Shown: positions 9,644 to 20,082, numbered from the stretch's first letter. The stretch: DNA of 64,000 nucleotides from an uncultured bacterium (GCA_963977015.1 CAXBMO010000006.1:1-64000); one strand, 5' to 3'. Notes: generated by a model not told the origin, from the sequence alone. Translations and numbers: made by a program.

Positions 9644-11314
9644 ATGACCCAACCCCGGATTCTTACCTTACTCGGATTCCTTTTCCTCTTCACGCTCCCG
9701 TTGAAAGCCGAGGAGCCCAAGCTCCGGTGCCCGGCGATTTTCGGCAGCCACATGGTGCTCCAGCAGGGCAGGGAAATCCCGGTCTGGGGCTGGGCTAAAC
9801 CGGGAGCCACGGTGACGGTCACGTTCAAGGACAAAAGCGGTCAGACCACCGCGGGGGACGACGGCAAGTGGAGGGTTCGGCTTCCGGCGCTTGCCACTCC
9901 CAAAGACCCGGTGTGGATGACCGTCAGCAGCGGAGGCGAGACCCTGGAGTTTTCCGACATCTTGCTGGGTGATGTCTGGCTTTGCTCCGGTCAGTCGAAC
10001 ATGGCCATGGGGGTCGGGGCGATGAAACGCGCCGACGCAATCATCGCCAACGCCGACCACCCAAAAATCCGGCTTTTCATGGTCAACCGGCAGGTCGCGT
10101 TCGATCCTGCCGACGAGCTGGCCTCGGACCAAGGCGAGTGGGTCGTCTGCTCGCCGGAAACGATCAACATGGCCGGCGGCTTCAAGGGTTTCAGCGCGGT
10201 GGGCTACTTTTTCGGGCGCGCCATCCAGGAATCGCAGGGCATTCCCGTCGGCCTGATCGGGACCTACGTTGGCGGCTCGAACATCACCTCGTGGGTCCCG
10301 AGAGAAACGCTCGCCAGCTCCCCTCGCGACAGCCTGTTCTGGAAGCGGAACCGGGAGTTCGAGCTGGACCTGAAAACGCTCGACGAGGACGTGGCCAATT
10401 TCCAAAAGGCCGCGCCGCTCTGGGAAAAAGCCCTGCAGGAACGCAACGCGAAAAACCACGCGGCGATCACAGCTTGGAAAACTGCCGTGGCTCAGGCGAA
10501 GGAATCGGGCGCGAAACCTCCGGCCCGTCCCGCGCCGCTGCCCGTTCCTCCGAACCGGCCCAAAGACCCTCTGGGTAATTTTCATCAGCCCACTTCCCTC
10601 TACAACGGGATGATTCATCCCCTGGCTCCCTTCGCCCTGACCGGCGCGCTCTGGTATCAGGGCGAAGCCAACTCGTATCCCGGCATGGCTGAGGAATACC
10701 GGGACAACCTCGGCGCCATGATCCGCGACTGGCGAGTGCTCTGGGCGCAGGGCGATTTTCCGTTTTTCGTGGTCCAACTGCCCAATCTGAAAAGCAGCAA
10801 GGATACCTGGCCGATCGTCCGCGAATCCCAGCGTCTCGCGGTCCAGGAAACGCCGAACACCGGCCTCGCCGTGACCTACGATGTCGGCGATCCCAACGAC
10901 CTGCACCCGGCGGAAAAACAAGCCATCGGCGAACGGCTCGCGTTGCTGGCGCGAAACCAGATTTACGGGGAATCGATCGTCGCGTCGGGACCGATGATCG
11001 AGGCTGCCAATGCCAAAAATGGATCGATCGCGCTTAGCTTCGAACACACAGGCAGCGGTCTGATGACCGGCTCGATCACGGAACCGGAATTTCGGGCCAA
11101 ACCCAGCAACGAAGCGCTTCGGGGCTTTGAAGTCGCCGGACCGGATGGATCCTACATTCCGGCCAATGCCGCCATCGAGGGTAACCAGGTTTTGCTGAAT
11201 GCGCCGGTAGCCGTTCCGAAGTCCGTGCGCTACGCCTGGGCCCCGGATCCCGACGCCAATCTCTACAACCGGGAAGGACTGCCGACCGCCCCGTTCCAAG
11301 TTGATCTGCCTTGA
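9644..11314 (+). CDS. Sialate O-acetylesterase-family (SASA/SGNH) esterase
   Basis: HMVLQQG..PVWGW, GDVWLCSGQSNM, LWYQGEAN, DLHP, VRYAW, NLYNREGLP motifs. Confidence 0.92.
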   Translation: MTQPRILTLLGFLFLFTLPLKAEEPKLRCPAIFGSHMVLQQGREIPVWGWAKPGATVTVTFKDKSGQTTAGDDGKWRVRLPALATPKDPVWMTVSSGGETLEFSDILLGDVWLCSGQSNMAMGVGAMKRADAIIANADHPKIRLFMVNRQVAFDPADELASDQGEWVVCSPETINMAGGFKGFSAVGYFFGRAIQESQGIPVGLIGTYVGGSNITSWVPRETLASSPRDSLFWKRNREFELDLKTLDEDVANFQKAAPLWEKALQERNAKNHAAITAWKTAVAQAKESGAKPPARPAPLPVPPNRPKDPLGNFHQPTSLYNGMIHPLAPFALTGALWYQGEANSYPGMAEEYRDNLGAMIRDWRVLWAQGDFPFFVVQLPNLKSSKDTWPIVRESQRLAVQETPNTGLAVTYDVGDPNDLHPAEKQAIGERLALLARNQIYGESIVASGPMIEAANAKNGSIALSFEHTGSGLMTGSITEPEFRAKPSNEALRGFEVAGPDGSYIPANAAIEGNQVLLNAPVAVPKSVRYAWAPDPDANLYNREGLPTAPFQVDLP

Positions 11315-11352
11315 GAGGAATGGTGGTAGCTTAACAATGTGCTTCGACAATC

Positions 11353-11555
11353 TAAGCCGGAGGCTTGATAGCGATTAGCCCCGGGTCGAGCGAAGCGACC
11401 ACCCGGGGTTAGGCATCGAATCCAGAATCCATCCCGGCAGGGATGGCAGCATCGTGGCTGCTATCCCTCCCGGGATCGGCCATTCTCAAACGAATCATCT
11501 CCGGGTGTTCGCTTGCGCTCGCCCCGGAGCTAATGGCTGGAAAGCCTTCGGCTTA
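11353..11555. repeat. Inverted pair of triple-hairpin REP-like elements (REPIN/MITE-like), tnpA-flanking family
   Basis: TAAGCCGGAGGCTTG...ATTAGCCCCGGG...ATCCCGGCAGGGAT facing ATCCCTCCCGGGAT...CCCCGGAGCTAAT...AAGCCTTCGGCTTA; lies between convergent genes. Confidence 0.85.
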
Positions 11556-11609
11556 TGAAATGTGATTAACCTGGCAAGCGCCATTTGCCTTGAGAGGGTC
11601 GCCCCCATC

Positions 11610-12626
11610 TCAATCACGACCGGCCGGAGTCAGGAGACCGATTCTCCAGTTCAACGCGCCATAGCCTTTGCTGCGCTTGTCCTTTTCCAGCATGCCCTGG
11701 AAAACGAAGCGGAGATTTTCCGGGTCGATGGTGAGCGTCTGATCGTTCGTCATTCGAATCAGCTCGCCATGGCTGACGTTGTCCGTCCACGCTTCGATTC
11801 CAGCCGCGGGCCGAACGGTTTTTGCGCTCGCGAAGGGTTTGGCGAAGGTGTCGGCTAACGGCGTCCACTCGCCATCAAGGCGGTCGGCGATGTAGGCCTT
11901 GAAATAGCGCCGGCCGTTCTGTTCGATGAGGGTGAGGTATCGATCCTGCCCGTGGATTCGGTAGGTGTGGCTTGCTTCGAAGATCTTCGCTTGCAAAGCA
12001 ACTTCGCACTCGCCGAAGCCGTTGGGAAAATCGTCCAACTGCGTCCGGAGGCGCCACATCTTTCCATTGAGCGTCGTCAGGAACAAGTAAGCGTGCGCGT
12101 CATCGCAGATGATCCAGTAATCGAGCCCGCCCTTCACCCTCGGGTCGTCCGGGCCGCCGTCGAGCATGGGCTTCGCTTTCGTCCACGAATCAGGGTCGGC
12201 CAGGTCGCTCGTCGTCGAATACGCGACCCACATCATGTTCGAGTTCGGCACGCCCATTTGATACACGAGATACCACTTCTGATGCGGCTCGAAATAGAAC
12301 ACCTGCGGCGCGCAGAAATAGTCGCTGTCGCTCACGGTTAGAATCGTGCGTTTGGACGCGTTCGCGGTTTTCCAGTCGTCGAAGGCGCAATGCTCGATCG
12401 CGGAACGCCCCTCGAGCTTGACCGTCATGAAGACGTGCCACGTTCCATCGTGGAACACGACCGTGGGGTCTTTCTGAGCATGGCTCGGTTCCGTTTCGCG
12501 TTCTTCCGGCGAAATCAGTGGCGCGGAGTATTCCCACAATTCCGGGATTTGCAGCGGGTCTTCCGCACGCGCCGTGGACGCCAAAACGGCAAGCGAGAAC
12601 AGGAGGGAAATGAGGTGGGGCTTCAT
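11610..12626 (-). CDS. GH62-like alpha-L-arabinofuranosidase
   Basis: KDPTVVFHDGTWHVFMT, YFCAPQVFYF, LDYWIICD, FEASHTY, VSHGELIR motifs; signal peptide. Confidence 0.88.
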   Translation of the reverse strand: MKPHLISLLFSLAVLASTARAEDPLQIPELWEYSAPLISPEERETEPSHAQKDPTVVFHDGTWHVFMTVKLEGRSAIEHCAFDDWKTANASKRTILTVSDSDYFCAPQVFYFEPHQKWYLVYQMGVPNSNMMWVAYSTTSDLADPDSWTKAKPMLDGGPDDPRVKGGLDYWIICDDAHAYLFLTTLNGKMWRLRTQLDDFPNGFGECEVALQAKIFEASHTYRIHGQDRYLTLIEQNGRRYFKAYIADRLDGEWTPLADTFAKPFASAKTVRPAAGIEAWTDNVSHGELIRMTNDQTLTIDPENLRFVFQGMLEKDKRSKGYGALNWRIGLLTPAGRD

Positions 12627-12796
12627 GGCGAGATCTTCAATGAACGGTGGTCCTGAATGGTGACGTTTACCAAGCACGAACACAGTGGCAAGCTTCGATT
12701 GCCGGGCGAAGTGGGAGGCTGGTTGAATGATCACCTTCCCGAATATGGCGGACTGATGAACGTTGAACCTCCTAACTTTCTCGCAATCATTACGCG

Positions 12797-14563
12797 ATGA
12801 GATGGTTCCAACCCCTTACCATTGCCTTGATGTTCGTCACTTGGAGTAGCGCACGTGGTGAAGACGTTTTCCTCGATTTGGATTTCGAGAGCGAAACTGC
12901 GGGCAAGGCACCCGCAAACTGGCGAAGCTTCACCGCGGGAACGAAACCGGACGTGACGGTGTTCGATTTCGGCGGCGGCAAGGCGCTCCGCGGTGTTCGC
13001 AGCGATTCTTCCAAGCTGGTGGCGTTGGCGAGGGACTTCGATTCCCCGCAGCAACGGGTTCTGATCGAGTTTGATCTCGCGATTTCTGAAAGTGCGGGGC
13101 GCGCCTTTCATCTCTGGACCTACGAGCCCGGTGGACGCGATGCCAGCCAGTTGAATCTCGCGACGCATCGCAGTCAACTGCGCCACTACGGAGAGGGCAG
13201 TTGGACCGATGTTGGAATCCGGCTTACGGAATCTGAGGATGCAGAGAACCCAGTTTGGCATCGAATCCGGGCGTTGGTGGATGCGGAGGCGAATTCGGTC
13301 AATCTTTGGTTCGCAGAATCGGGTAGTCAGATTGCGCCGGACGCGATACCCACGGCGAAGATCGCTTACCGGAGCAGATTGCCGATTGGCGGGATCGGCT
13401 TCGTTTCGGGGAGCCGCATTGCTGAGGATGCGTGGTATCTCATCGATAACCTCACCGTTCGTGGTGGTGCTGATTTACCCGAACCAACCCGGGCCCCGGC
13501 GCTTCCCGAGGCGTTTCCGCTCTGGACCGGAGGTGATCCGCCGTCAGATCCGGAGCAGATTCCCTTCGCTACCGGATTGGAGAATCGGACGCTGCATCGC
13601 GCCGAGGAGGGAAAGTTCCAGTTTTTGCACGGCGCGGCCATCCTGCCTTACAAAGGCGTATTTTACGCGAACTGGGCCAATAGTCCGGTGAACGAAAACG
13701 GTCCGCACGAAACCTTGCAGGGGCGTCGATCCTACGATGGGGGAAAGACCTGGCCGAAGCTTGAGGTCATTGGTCCCGGCTTCGATGGTCCTGACCGGCA
13801 CAGCCACGGCGTTTTGTTCGAACACCAGGGAGAATTGTGGACGATCTGCGCACGCTTCGGCGTTGGTGACACGGGCCGGGTTTTTCGCGGATTGAAGGGG
13901 GAGGCCTTTGTGCTCGATGAAGCTGAAGATCGTTGGGAATCACGTGGCATCGTGATGGACAACTGTTGGCCCTACGATCCGCCTGTGAAGCTGGAGAATG
14001 GGAGTTCCATCACCGGCGGCCAGGACCGGGACGGCTTGCCGGTGGTTGCGATCAGCCAGGGCGACGATTTCACCAAATGGGATAGCGTGCTGATTCCCTA
14101 TCACCCGAAACTCGGGCCATCGTTCGCCGAAACCACGGTTTGGGCGGAGGGAAATCGGGTTCTGGCGGTCATTCGCGGCGGCAGCGGCGTGGCTTGGGTG
14201 TCGCAAAGTGAGGATGGCGGCCGCACCTGGAGTATCGCGGGGCCGAGCAACTATCCCATGCCGCGGGCCAAGGCGTTTCTCGGCAAGCTCAGCACCGGGC
14301 AGCTCTTCATCGTGTCCAATCTTCGCGACCGGGACACCCTCGTCGTATCCGCCGGAAAACCGGGCGAGCTGTCGGTCTCCCGGATGTGGCGAATCCGGCA
14401 CGGCAAATCCGAGGCGCCGCGTTTCGCGGGTTTCGCCAAGAGCAAGCAATGGTCCTACCCGTACGCCTGCGAACACGAAGGCCAGCTCTACGTCGTGTAT
14501 TCGATTGGGAAAGAAGACTGCGGCCTTTCGGTGATCCCGGTCAAGTCGCTGGCGGTCGAGTGA
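12797..14563 (+). CDS. BNR/Asp-box sialidase-like beta-propeller with N-terminal lectin-like domain
   Basis: Asp-boxes SYDGGKTW and SEDGGRTW; C-terminal WSYP...LYVVYS; signal peptide. Confidence 0.8.
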   Translation: MRWFQPLTIALMFVTWSSARGEDVFLDLDFESETAGKAPANWRSFTAGTKPDVTVFDFGGGKALRGVRSDSSKLVALARDFDSPQQRVLIEFDLAISESAGRAFHLWTYEPGGRDASQLNLATHRSQLRHYGEGSWTDVGIRLTESEDAENPVWHRIRALVDAEANSVNLWFAESGSQIAPDAIPTAKIAYRSRLPIGGIGFVSGSRIAEDAWYLIDNLTVRGGADLPEPTRAPALPEAFPLWTGGDPPSDPEQIPFATGLENRTLHRAEEGKFQFLHGAAILPYKGVFYANWANSPVNENGPHETLQGRRSYDGGKTWPKLEVIGPGFDGPDRHSHGVLFEHQGELWTICARFGVGDTGRVFRGLKGEAFVLDEAEDRWESRGIVMDNCWPYDPPVKLENGSSITGGQDRDGLPVVAISQGDDFTKWDSVLIPYHPKLGPSFAETTVWAEGNRVLAVIRGGSGVAWVSQSEDGGRTWSIAGPSNYPMPRAKAFLGKLSTGQLFIVSNLRDRDTLVVSAGKPGELSVSRMWRIRHGKSEAPRFAGFAKSKQWSYPYACEHEGQLYVVYSIGKEDCGLSVIPVKSLAVE

Positions 14564-14742
14564 GGCGAGGAAAGTGGGAGGTGTCGCGAATGAGAGCTCC
14601 AGATTCCGGGCGGCTCTCCGGCAGGCTGACCAAACCACGTTGTGGCTCTGCATCTGGGTAGGGTTGGCCTGACGGGGCCGATTCATGTTAGGATTTTGAT
14701 GGGAGCTGGAGGATGACCTGGAACGGATGGTGTCATCCCTGC

Positions 14743-17160
14743 CTATTTGCGGCTTAGTTCCCCAAAGGTTAGCCGGTCGTGGGCGTTCTCCGCTGTCACC
14801 GGGATGAAACCGGAGATTCCGGGTTGGCCCTGGTTCGCGTCGAACCGCACGATGTTGAAATACCAGGGCCAGAGCGTTCTTGGTGGCCGACGGAAGAGGA
14901 CGTGATGCAGCGGGTCGCCCGCGCCTTCGCTCTCTGGAACCAGGGGAATGCGCGCCTCGATCGACCACGCATCCGCCTCCCGGTGAACCGCAATTTCCGC
15001 GTTCGAGTTCCAGCGTTTGCCGTTCTCGTTCCCCTCGGCCATGTCGCTATCGTAGAAGGCGCCACTTGGGCTTACCGCGATCCGGTAAAAGGCGTGAGCG
15101 TCGGTTTCGAGGAGAATTTCGACGCGATTGCCGTCCAGAATCGAGTCGTCATCCAGATTCGCGGCGGATGCATCGGTAGCCGCCGAACCCCGGCAGCGAA
15201 TCCCCACCCAAAGCGCGTCGTCCGCGAGCATCATCTGGAAACGGGTGGCGCCGGGCTCGCCGCTGCCGGTCAGTTTGCCGCGCAGATTCCAGAACGCTTC
15301 CTCCAAGCGGCCGTCGATCTTCGCGGAAGCGCGGGCTTCGTCCCATTTGCCACTGGTCAGGTTCCAGTATTCAAACCTGGGCACCTCGCCGCGCTGCTTC
15401 TCAGTTGCGAGCATGTTCTTGAGTTTCTCCAGGCGATCGAACTCGCTGATGATGAGTTCAATTCGTTGGGCGAAGGCGGAGTCGTCGGGCGCGACGTCAC
15501 GAGCCTCATGCAGCAGCTCCAACAACCGGACCCGCTCGGGCAATTCCAGGCGGGCGCGGCCGTCCGTGGAGTAGTTGGCCTCGGCAAAATCAAAGGCGCG
15601 TTGCATCGCCTCCGCCGCGGGGCCGTAAAACGTCCGGTAATACTCAGCCAGAACCGTCTCGATGTCCTGCCCGGCGTCCCAGAGAAAGCGGGCATTCACG
15701 TAGAGGTTGAGGTGATTCGTGCCGGGGCGTCCCCAGGTTTGGCCCGTGCGCCCGGCGGTGTATTCGCGGTTCACCTCGTTCATTTCGCCCAGGGAGACGC
15801 CTTTCATGCCCTGGAGATCGCGGGCGATGGAGCGGGGATGAATCACGGTGTCGTAATAGTTGTTTTCCACGCGGATGAGCTGACCGGACGCCGCTTTTTT
15901 CCGCCAACCCTCGGCCAAATCGCGATACCATTTCCAATGCTCCGCTTCGCGGAAATTCGGACGCCCCACGTTGTTAAGACGCACCACGATGTTCGGGCTC
16001 AGCTTGTCGATCGCGGCCGGGAGTTCGCGATAGGACGTGTAGGCGGCGCCGACCAAGTGATGATCCGGGTGAGTTTGAATCGTCTCCCGGGCCACCCGGT
16101 CCAGAAGTCCCCAAACCGCATCGGACGGCGTAAGCCGGGCGCAATCCTCACACTGACACATGCGCAAACCGTCCTGCGGCGAAAGCTGGAGCGTCGGGAC
16201 CTGGTAGTGGTCGAACATCGTTCGCGCGTAGGCCACCGCTTCGCGTTGCAATCCGGCGGAAGACCAACACGCGTGGCCCGTGCCGCGGGTCTTGACGTCG
16301 CGTTCGCCCCCGATGACGGCGTAGAAGTCGGGATGAGCCTTCTGCATTTCCGGGCGGGCATGGATCCGGCTGAATCCATGCGTTTTCGGCGCGAGACCCA
16401 GTCGCGCATAGCCGGAATTGAGACCAAGCCGGAAGGCCCACAACACCGCTTCCTCCGGTGCGTTCTGCCAGGTTGGCCCAATGAAATGGCGAACCGGGAA
16501 ATCAGGATGCACGGTTTCGTCGATCTCAGGCAGGGGGATCGAATCGAGCTTCGGCACGACCTCGCCAAGTTCGCCGGGCCAATACCAGCGCACGCCGAGC
16601 TGGCGCAGAAATCCGTAGACGGCCTGCAGGGAGCCGCCTTGGTCATGCGCCCAGGTTTCGGTGACGCGATTGTAGGCGCGGTAGATTGAGGACATGGGAA
16701 AACCCCAGGCGCTGTCGGTCTTGTCGGCGGTCAGTGCGTCCCAATCGCGCGCAGCTCGGGATTGATCCCCGCGGTCGTGCGCATACGGCTCGACCGGGAC
16801 GAAATCGGCGTCGTGTCCCAGCAAGACAAGGTAGCCGGGGCCGGAAACCTGGCGGTAGGCACCGTAACGGAGCCCCGAATCGTCGATGCCCAGATTGTCG
16901 GTCGCCTTGCTGCGCCCGATGTAAAGCTGAACCCGATCGTCAGGAGCTGCCTCGGTTTCGGTCACGATGGGCAGCGTCGCTCCGCTGATTTTTTCGAGAA
17001 ATGTCTGAAGTTCGTTTGCCGCCAGCCGAACCAGGCGCGGTGGATTCTCCGAAATCACGATCTCCGCATTCGGCTGACCATGGTGGACGATCCAAGGAGC
17101 GGCTGGAGCCATCGCGGGCAGGGTGAGGAAGAGGCAGATCAGGAATTTGGGCAAAGGCAT
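14743..17160 (-). CDS. DUF4838-family protein with C-terminal CBM9-like domain
   Basis: AANELQTFLEKISGATLPI, LGVRWYWPGELG, CQCEDC, YYRTFYGPAA; IDGRLEE and WSIEARIP at the C-terminus. Confidence 0.8.
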   Translation of the reverse strand: MPLPKFLICLFLTLPAMAPAAPWIVHHGQPNAEIVISENPPRLVRLAANELQTFLEKISGATLPIVTETEAAPDDRVQLYIGRSKATDNLGIDDSGLRYGAYRQVSGPGYLVLLGHDADFVPVEPYAHDRGDQSRAARDWDALTADKTDSAWGFPMSSIYRAYNRVTETWAHDQGGSLQAVYGFLRQLGVRWYWPGELGEVVPKLDSIPLPEIDETVHPDFPVRHFIGPTWQNAPEEAVLWAFRLGLNSGYARLGLAPKTHGFSRIHARPEMQKAHPDFYAVIGGERDVKTRGTGHACWSSAGLQREAVAYARTMFDHYQVPTLQLSPQDGLRMCQCEDCARLTPSDAVWGLLDRVARETIQTHPDHHLVGAAYTSYRELPAAIDKLSPNIVVRLNNVGRPNFREAEHWKWYRDLAEGWRKKAASGQLIRVENNYYDTVIHPRSIARDLQGMKGVSLGEMNEVNREYTAGRTGQTWGRPGTNHLNLYVNARFLWDAGQDIETVLAEYYRTFYGPAAEAMQRAFDFAEANYSTDGRARLELPERVRLLELLHEARDVAPDDSAFAQRIELIISEFDRLEKLKNMLATEKQRGEVPRFEYWNLTSGKWDEARASAKIDGRLEEAFWNLRGKLTGSGEPGATRFQMMLADDALWVGIRCRGSAATDASAANLDDDSILDGNRVEILLETDAHAFYRIAVSPSGAFYDSDMAEGNENGKRWNSNAEIAVHREADAWSIEARIPLVPESEGAGDPLHHVLFRRPPRTLWPWYFNIVRFDANQGQPGISGFIPVTAENAHDRLTFGELSRK

Positions 17161-17320
17161 GGTTGGTTTCGATTTGAATGGCGACACTACCAACACACGT
17201 GCACGCCGGAAGATTTTGTTCGCTTTAACGGGAACCGGGAAACCTTTCCTGCTGCGGTCTGGTGTGAATTAAAGTGATGGGCGACTGCTGCTTTCCTCCC
17301 GGGGCTGGTGGGCAACGACA

Positions 17321-17510
17321 GGCTGAAGTCCCCACCGCGCAACGCTCAGGGCTTTAGTCCTGTGAATGCGGAACCCTGAATCCAAGCGGTCGGCAAGGTC
17401 GCCAGCAATCTCACAAATTCTCTTTCGCTCGCGACCTGTCAGGCCGCATTTTCTCGTGCGAAGCTTCCCAGGCGTGAACGCCTGGGCTTTGTGCGTTGGG
17501 ACTTTCAGCC
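17321..17510. repeat. Degenerate inverted pair of triple-hairpin elements, second family
   Basis: GGCTGAAGTCCC...GCGGTCGGCAAGGTCGC facing GCGACCTGTCAGGCCGC...CCCAGGCGTGAACGCCTGGG...GGGACTTTCAGCC. Confidence 0.65.
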
Positions 17511-17714
17511 CCATTTTGCCCACCACTTTCATTCACACCCTCTCACACCAATCCTCTTGACGGTCGTGCCGAAACCTGATTCCCTCTGCGACATGAAGGC
17601 AAACTGCGCACCGCAATCTGGAGTGGGCTACTACCGGCGACAGCATGGGAATTCCCGTTTGAATAGGGAATTGGTCCAAGAAAGCCTCTGTTTGTAAGAC
17701 ATTTAATTCCCAAA

Positions 17715-18251
17715 GTGATGAACACTCCTCAGCTATGTATCGCATTTCTATTGTCCGTAGCATCAGTTTGGGCTCAAGAGAGATCATTGGAAGACTTTGA
17801 GGGCACGTGGATGACCGCCACAATGGATAAGGTTTTCGAAGCAGGAATCCAAGAACAGGTTGCTGACATCGCTGCGGGAAGGCACCCAAGCATCGAACAA
17901 ATGTCAGTAGAGGAAGCCAAGAAGATACTTGTCAAATCCCCAGAGGCGGCGGTGATGCTTGAAATGATGAAGGAGCTACAGGTAAGAATGGGCTTCACCA
18001 TTTCCCCTCCCAACAAGTTGATAGTGATCTTGGAATCAAAGGGAGAGCGAGAGGAAATTGCCTACCCAGCAGAATTCGAAATCACTTCAAAAGAACTTGT
18101 ATGCCGCTACGAAGTCGGCCCAACTCTCCTGGAATTCGAGGGCGAAAATCTAAGGACAAGAAACGACGAAAAGCAGTCCTATCCAAAATACCTAACACTA
18201 ATCCGCGAAACACAACGACGTAGCAAATCGCAGGAGGGGAACCGTGATTGA
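17715..18251 (+). CDS. Hypothetical secreted protein (lower GC)
   Basis: 178-aa ORF with signal peptide; AT-richer than the flanking genes. Confidence 0.7.
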   Translation: MMNTPQLCIAFLLSVASVWAQERSLEDFEGTWMTATMDKVFEAGIQEQVADIAAGRHPSIEQMSVEEAKKILVKSPEAAVMLEMMKELQVRMGFTISPPNKLIVILESKGEREEIAYPAEFEITSKELVCRYEVGPTLLEFEGENLRTRNDEKQSYPKYLTLIRETQRRSKSQEGNRD

Positions 18252-18328
18252 CGTCAGTGAGGAGTTTTTCTTGCTTCCTCCCCGGGGCCCTCAGTGTTAT
18301 TCCGCTACCGAAGGGACAAGTGAGTATC

Positions 18329-18844
18329 ATGAAGACTGCAGACTACTTGATGACACAAAAGGGCTGGCTCGATAAATACGAAGCGCCTGGTGACTCCGAA
18401 CGGCTGAAGCAGTTTGTTACCGACAAATGGAAGGCAAGCCCAGCTCTGGAACACTACGCCGACACCTACTTGCCCAAGACGTCAATCGACTTGGGGCCGT
18501 TCATCTTGCTGTCTGCCGAGAGAATCGAAAAAGAGAATAACTGGGATGACGGTGAAGTGCTATCGAGATTGGGGCTTCTGGAAATTGGCGGCACGGTTGG
18601 GGCTGACTATCTCTTCATGCTCGTTGATACAGGGCAGGTGCTATTTCTCGATGTCTCGGACATTCCGACCGCTGACATGCGAGAGTCGAATGATGATTCA
18701 ACGGAGATTGAGGAGTTTTCGGTATCGGAATGGTTGGGTGAACTTACAGCCGGAGATCTGGCCTCCCACCGCCTTGCAGGAGTCTTTGAGTCGTTTGCGG
18801 ACTTCGATGAAGCGTTTTTGGCGTGGCATCAAGCGAGTGGGTGA
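18329..18844 (+). CDS. SMI1/KNR4 (SUKH)-like immunity protein
   Basis: LLEIGGTVGADYLFMLVDTGQVLFLD...ESFADF matches the SUKH beta-meander and terminal SFxEF pattern; acidic. Confidence 0.6.
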   Translation: MKTADYLMTQKGWLDKYEAPGDSERLKQFVTDKWKASPALEHYADTYLPKTSIDLGPFILLSAERIEKENNWDDGEVLSRLGLLEIGGTVGADYLFMLVDTGQVLFLDVSDIPTADMRESNDDSTEIEEFSVSEWLGELTAGDLASHRLAGVFESFADFDEAFLAWHQASG

Positions 18845-19565
18845 TGCGTGGGACGTTTGGGCATTTTCACTTCGTCTACGGCATCGCGTGATCTCGGCTC
18901 CGACCACCCTTTTTCAGCGCTGTTCGCGATTCCGGTGGCGTTCTGGAGGAAGCGGAAGACGGCAATGGATGAACTGACGCGTGGCGGCCGATGTGGCAAA
19001 ACAAACGGGTAGCGCCGCGGTGTAGCGTCCACGGCTGCAACTCCGGTTGGTGTCGATTTCGGGTTTCAGGGGTGTCCATTTGAACTACGCAAACCAACAT
19101 CTATCGCGACGGGGTAACTGATTTTTTAATCTCACCACAGTTTCTGTGATATTTTAACAAATCTGCAGGGATAATTTCCGGGAATGTTCCGTTGATCGCC
19201 CATTTGGCGAGTTCAGCTAGGATCGATTCCCAACCCTTGACATCGCCTCGCACCGCAATAGAATTCCCACTTCAGGCAGCAGTTCATCCACAAAATCCGT
19301 TCATGAAAGTTCAACTTCCCCCGCCTCCGCAACCCTCTCTCAATATCCAATTCTCCCTGCACGAATGTTGACTACAAAAGGATATCCCTGCAAATCTGCA
19401 GGATAGCCCCAGTTCGTCTTGTGTAAGCAAATACTTCCAGCACCCCGAGCTCTGATCCCCGACCAGCTAATTCCGTGGTCCGGCCATTCGCGACCTCAAT
19501 AACCACATTGTTCCAGGCTCTTCAAAACCCCTAAATCGAAACTTCCTACAAACTGATCGAGAACA

Positions 19566-19901
19566 ATGCCGAAATTCTATCTTGTCGTCATTGCGTGTGT
19601 AACACTTCTTTTTTTGAGTATCTCAATCCGATACCTTCGAAGGCTTGTGGCAGCAAGAGCTACCAACAAGATCTCGAGGCAGATCAATGAAGAATTCTTC
19701 GCTCCGATATCATCTGGCGCGCTCTTCCCGTTCGCCTCCTTCTCTCTTCGATTCGGTAAACGGAAAAACGACCCAGAAGCGTTTCGTGCGGTTTTGCGTG
19801 AGGAGCTTGATCGTAAATTCTGGCCTAGTGTATTGCAGGATACCGTTTTCTATACGATTGGTGCTGTAACACCTTACGTACTGTCTCTTCTATCTGATTA
19901 G
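19566..19901 (+). CDS. Small membrane protein
   Basis: 111 aa; N- and C-terminal hydrophobic segments; low GC. Confidence 0.6.
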   Translation: MPKFYLVVIACVTLLFLSISIRYLRRLVAARATNKISRQINEEFFAPISSGALFPFASFSLRFGKRKNDPEAFRAVLREELDRKFWPSVLQDTVFYTIGAVTPYVLSLLSD

Positions 19902-20082
19902 TGAGTCGATGCTTCTTCATGAGCTTGAGCAGGCCGCGCTCGGAGCAAATGTTGGAGCCGCCCCATTTTCCGTAGTGGACGGGATCGGAACCGTCGTTGA
20001 AGGCAATGGCAACGGAGACGGAATCTTTGTGGACATCGAGCCCGATAAAGGCTTTGATTTGGGAGGCGTGTTTTGAGTGCAT
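19902..20082 (-). pseudogene. Truncated IS110-family (DEDD) recombinase, N-terminal ~60 codons
   Basis: MHSKHASQIKAFIGLDVHKDSVSVAIA matches the IS110 GxDxHK motif; apparently truncated at the stop codon of the neighbouring ORF. Confidence 0.85.

Noticed and set aside
17590..17650. GGCAAAC... resembling a c-di-GMP-I riboswitch start
   Set aside because: No GNRA tetraloop stem or CGCAAAG/P3 elements in the right spacing.
19158..19406. Direct repeat CAAATCTGCAGG(G)ATA ~230 bp apart
   Set aside because: Only two short copies in non-coding DNA; no supportable function.
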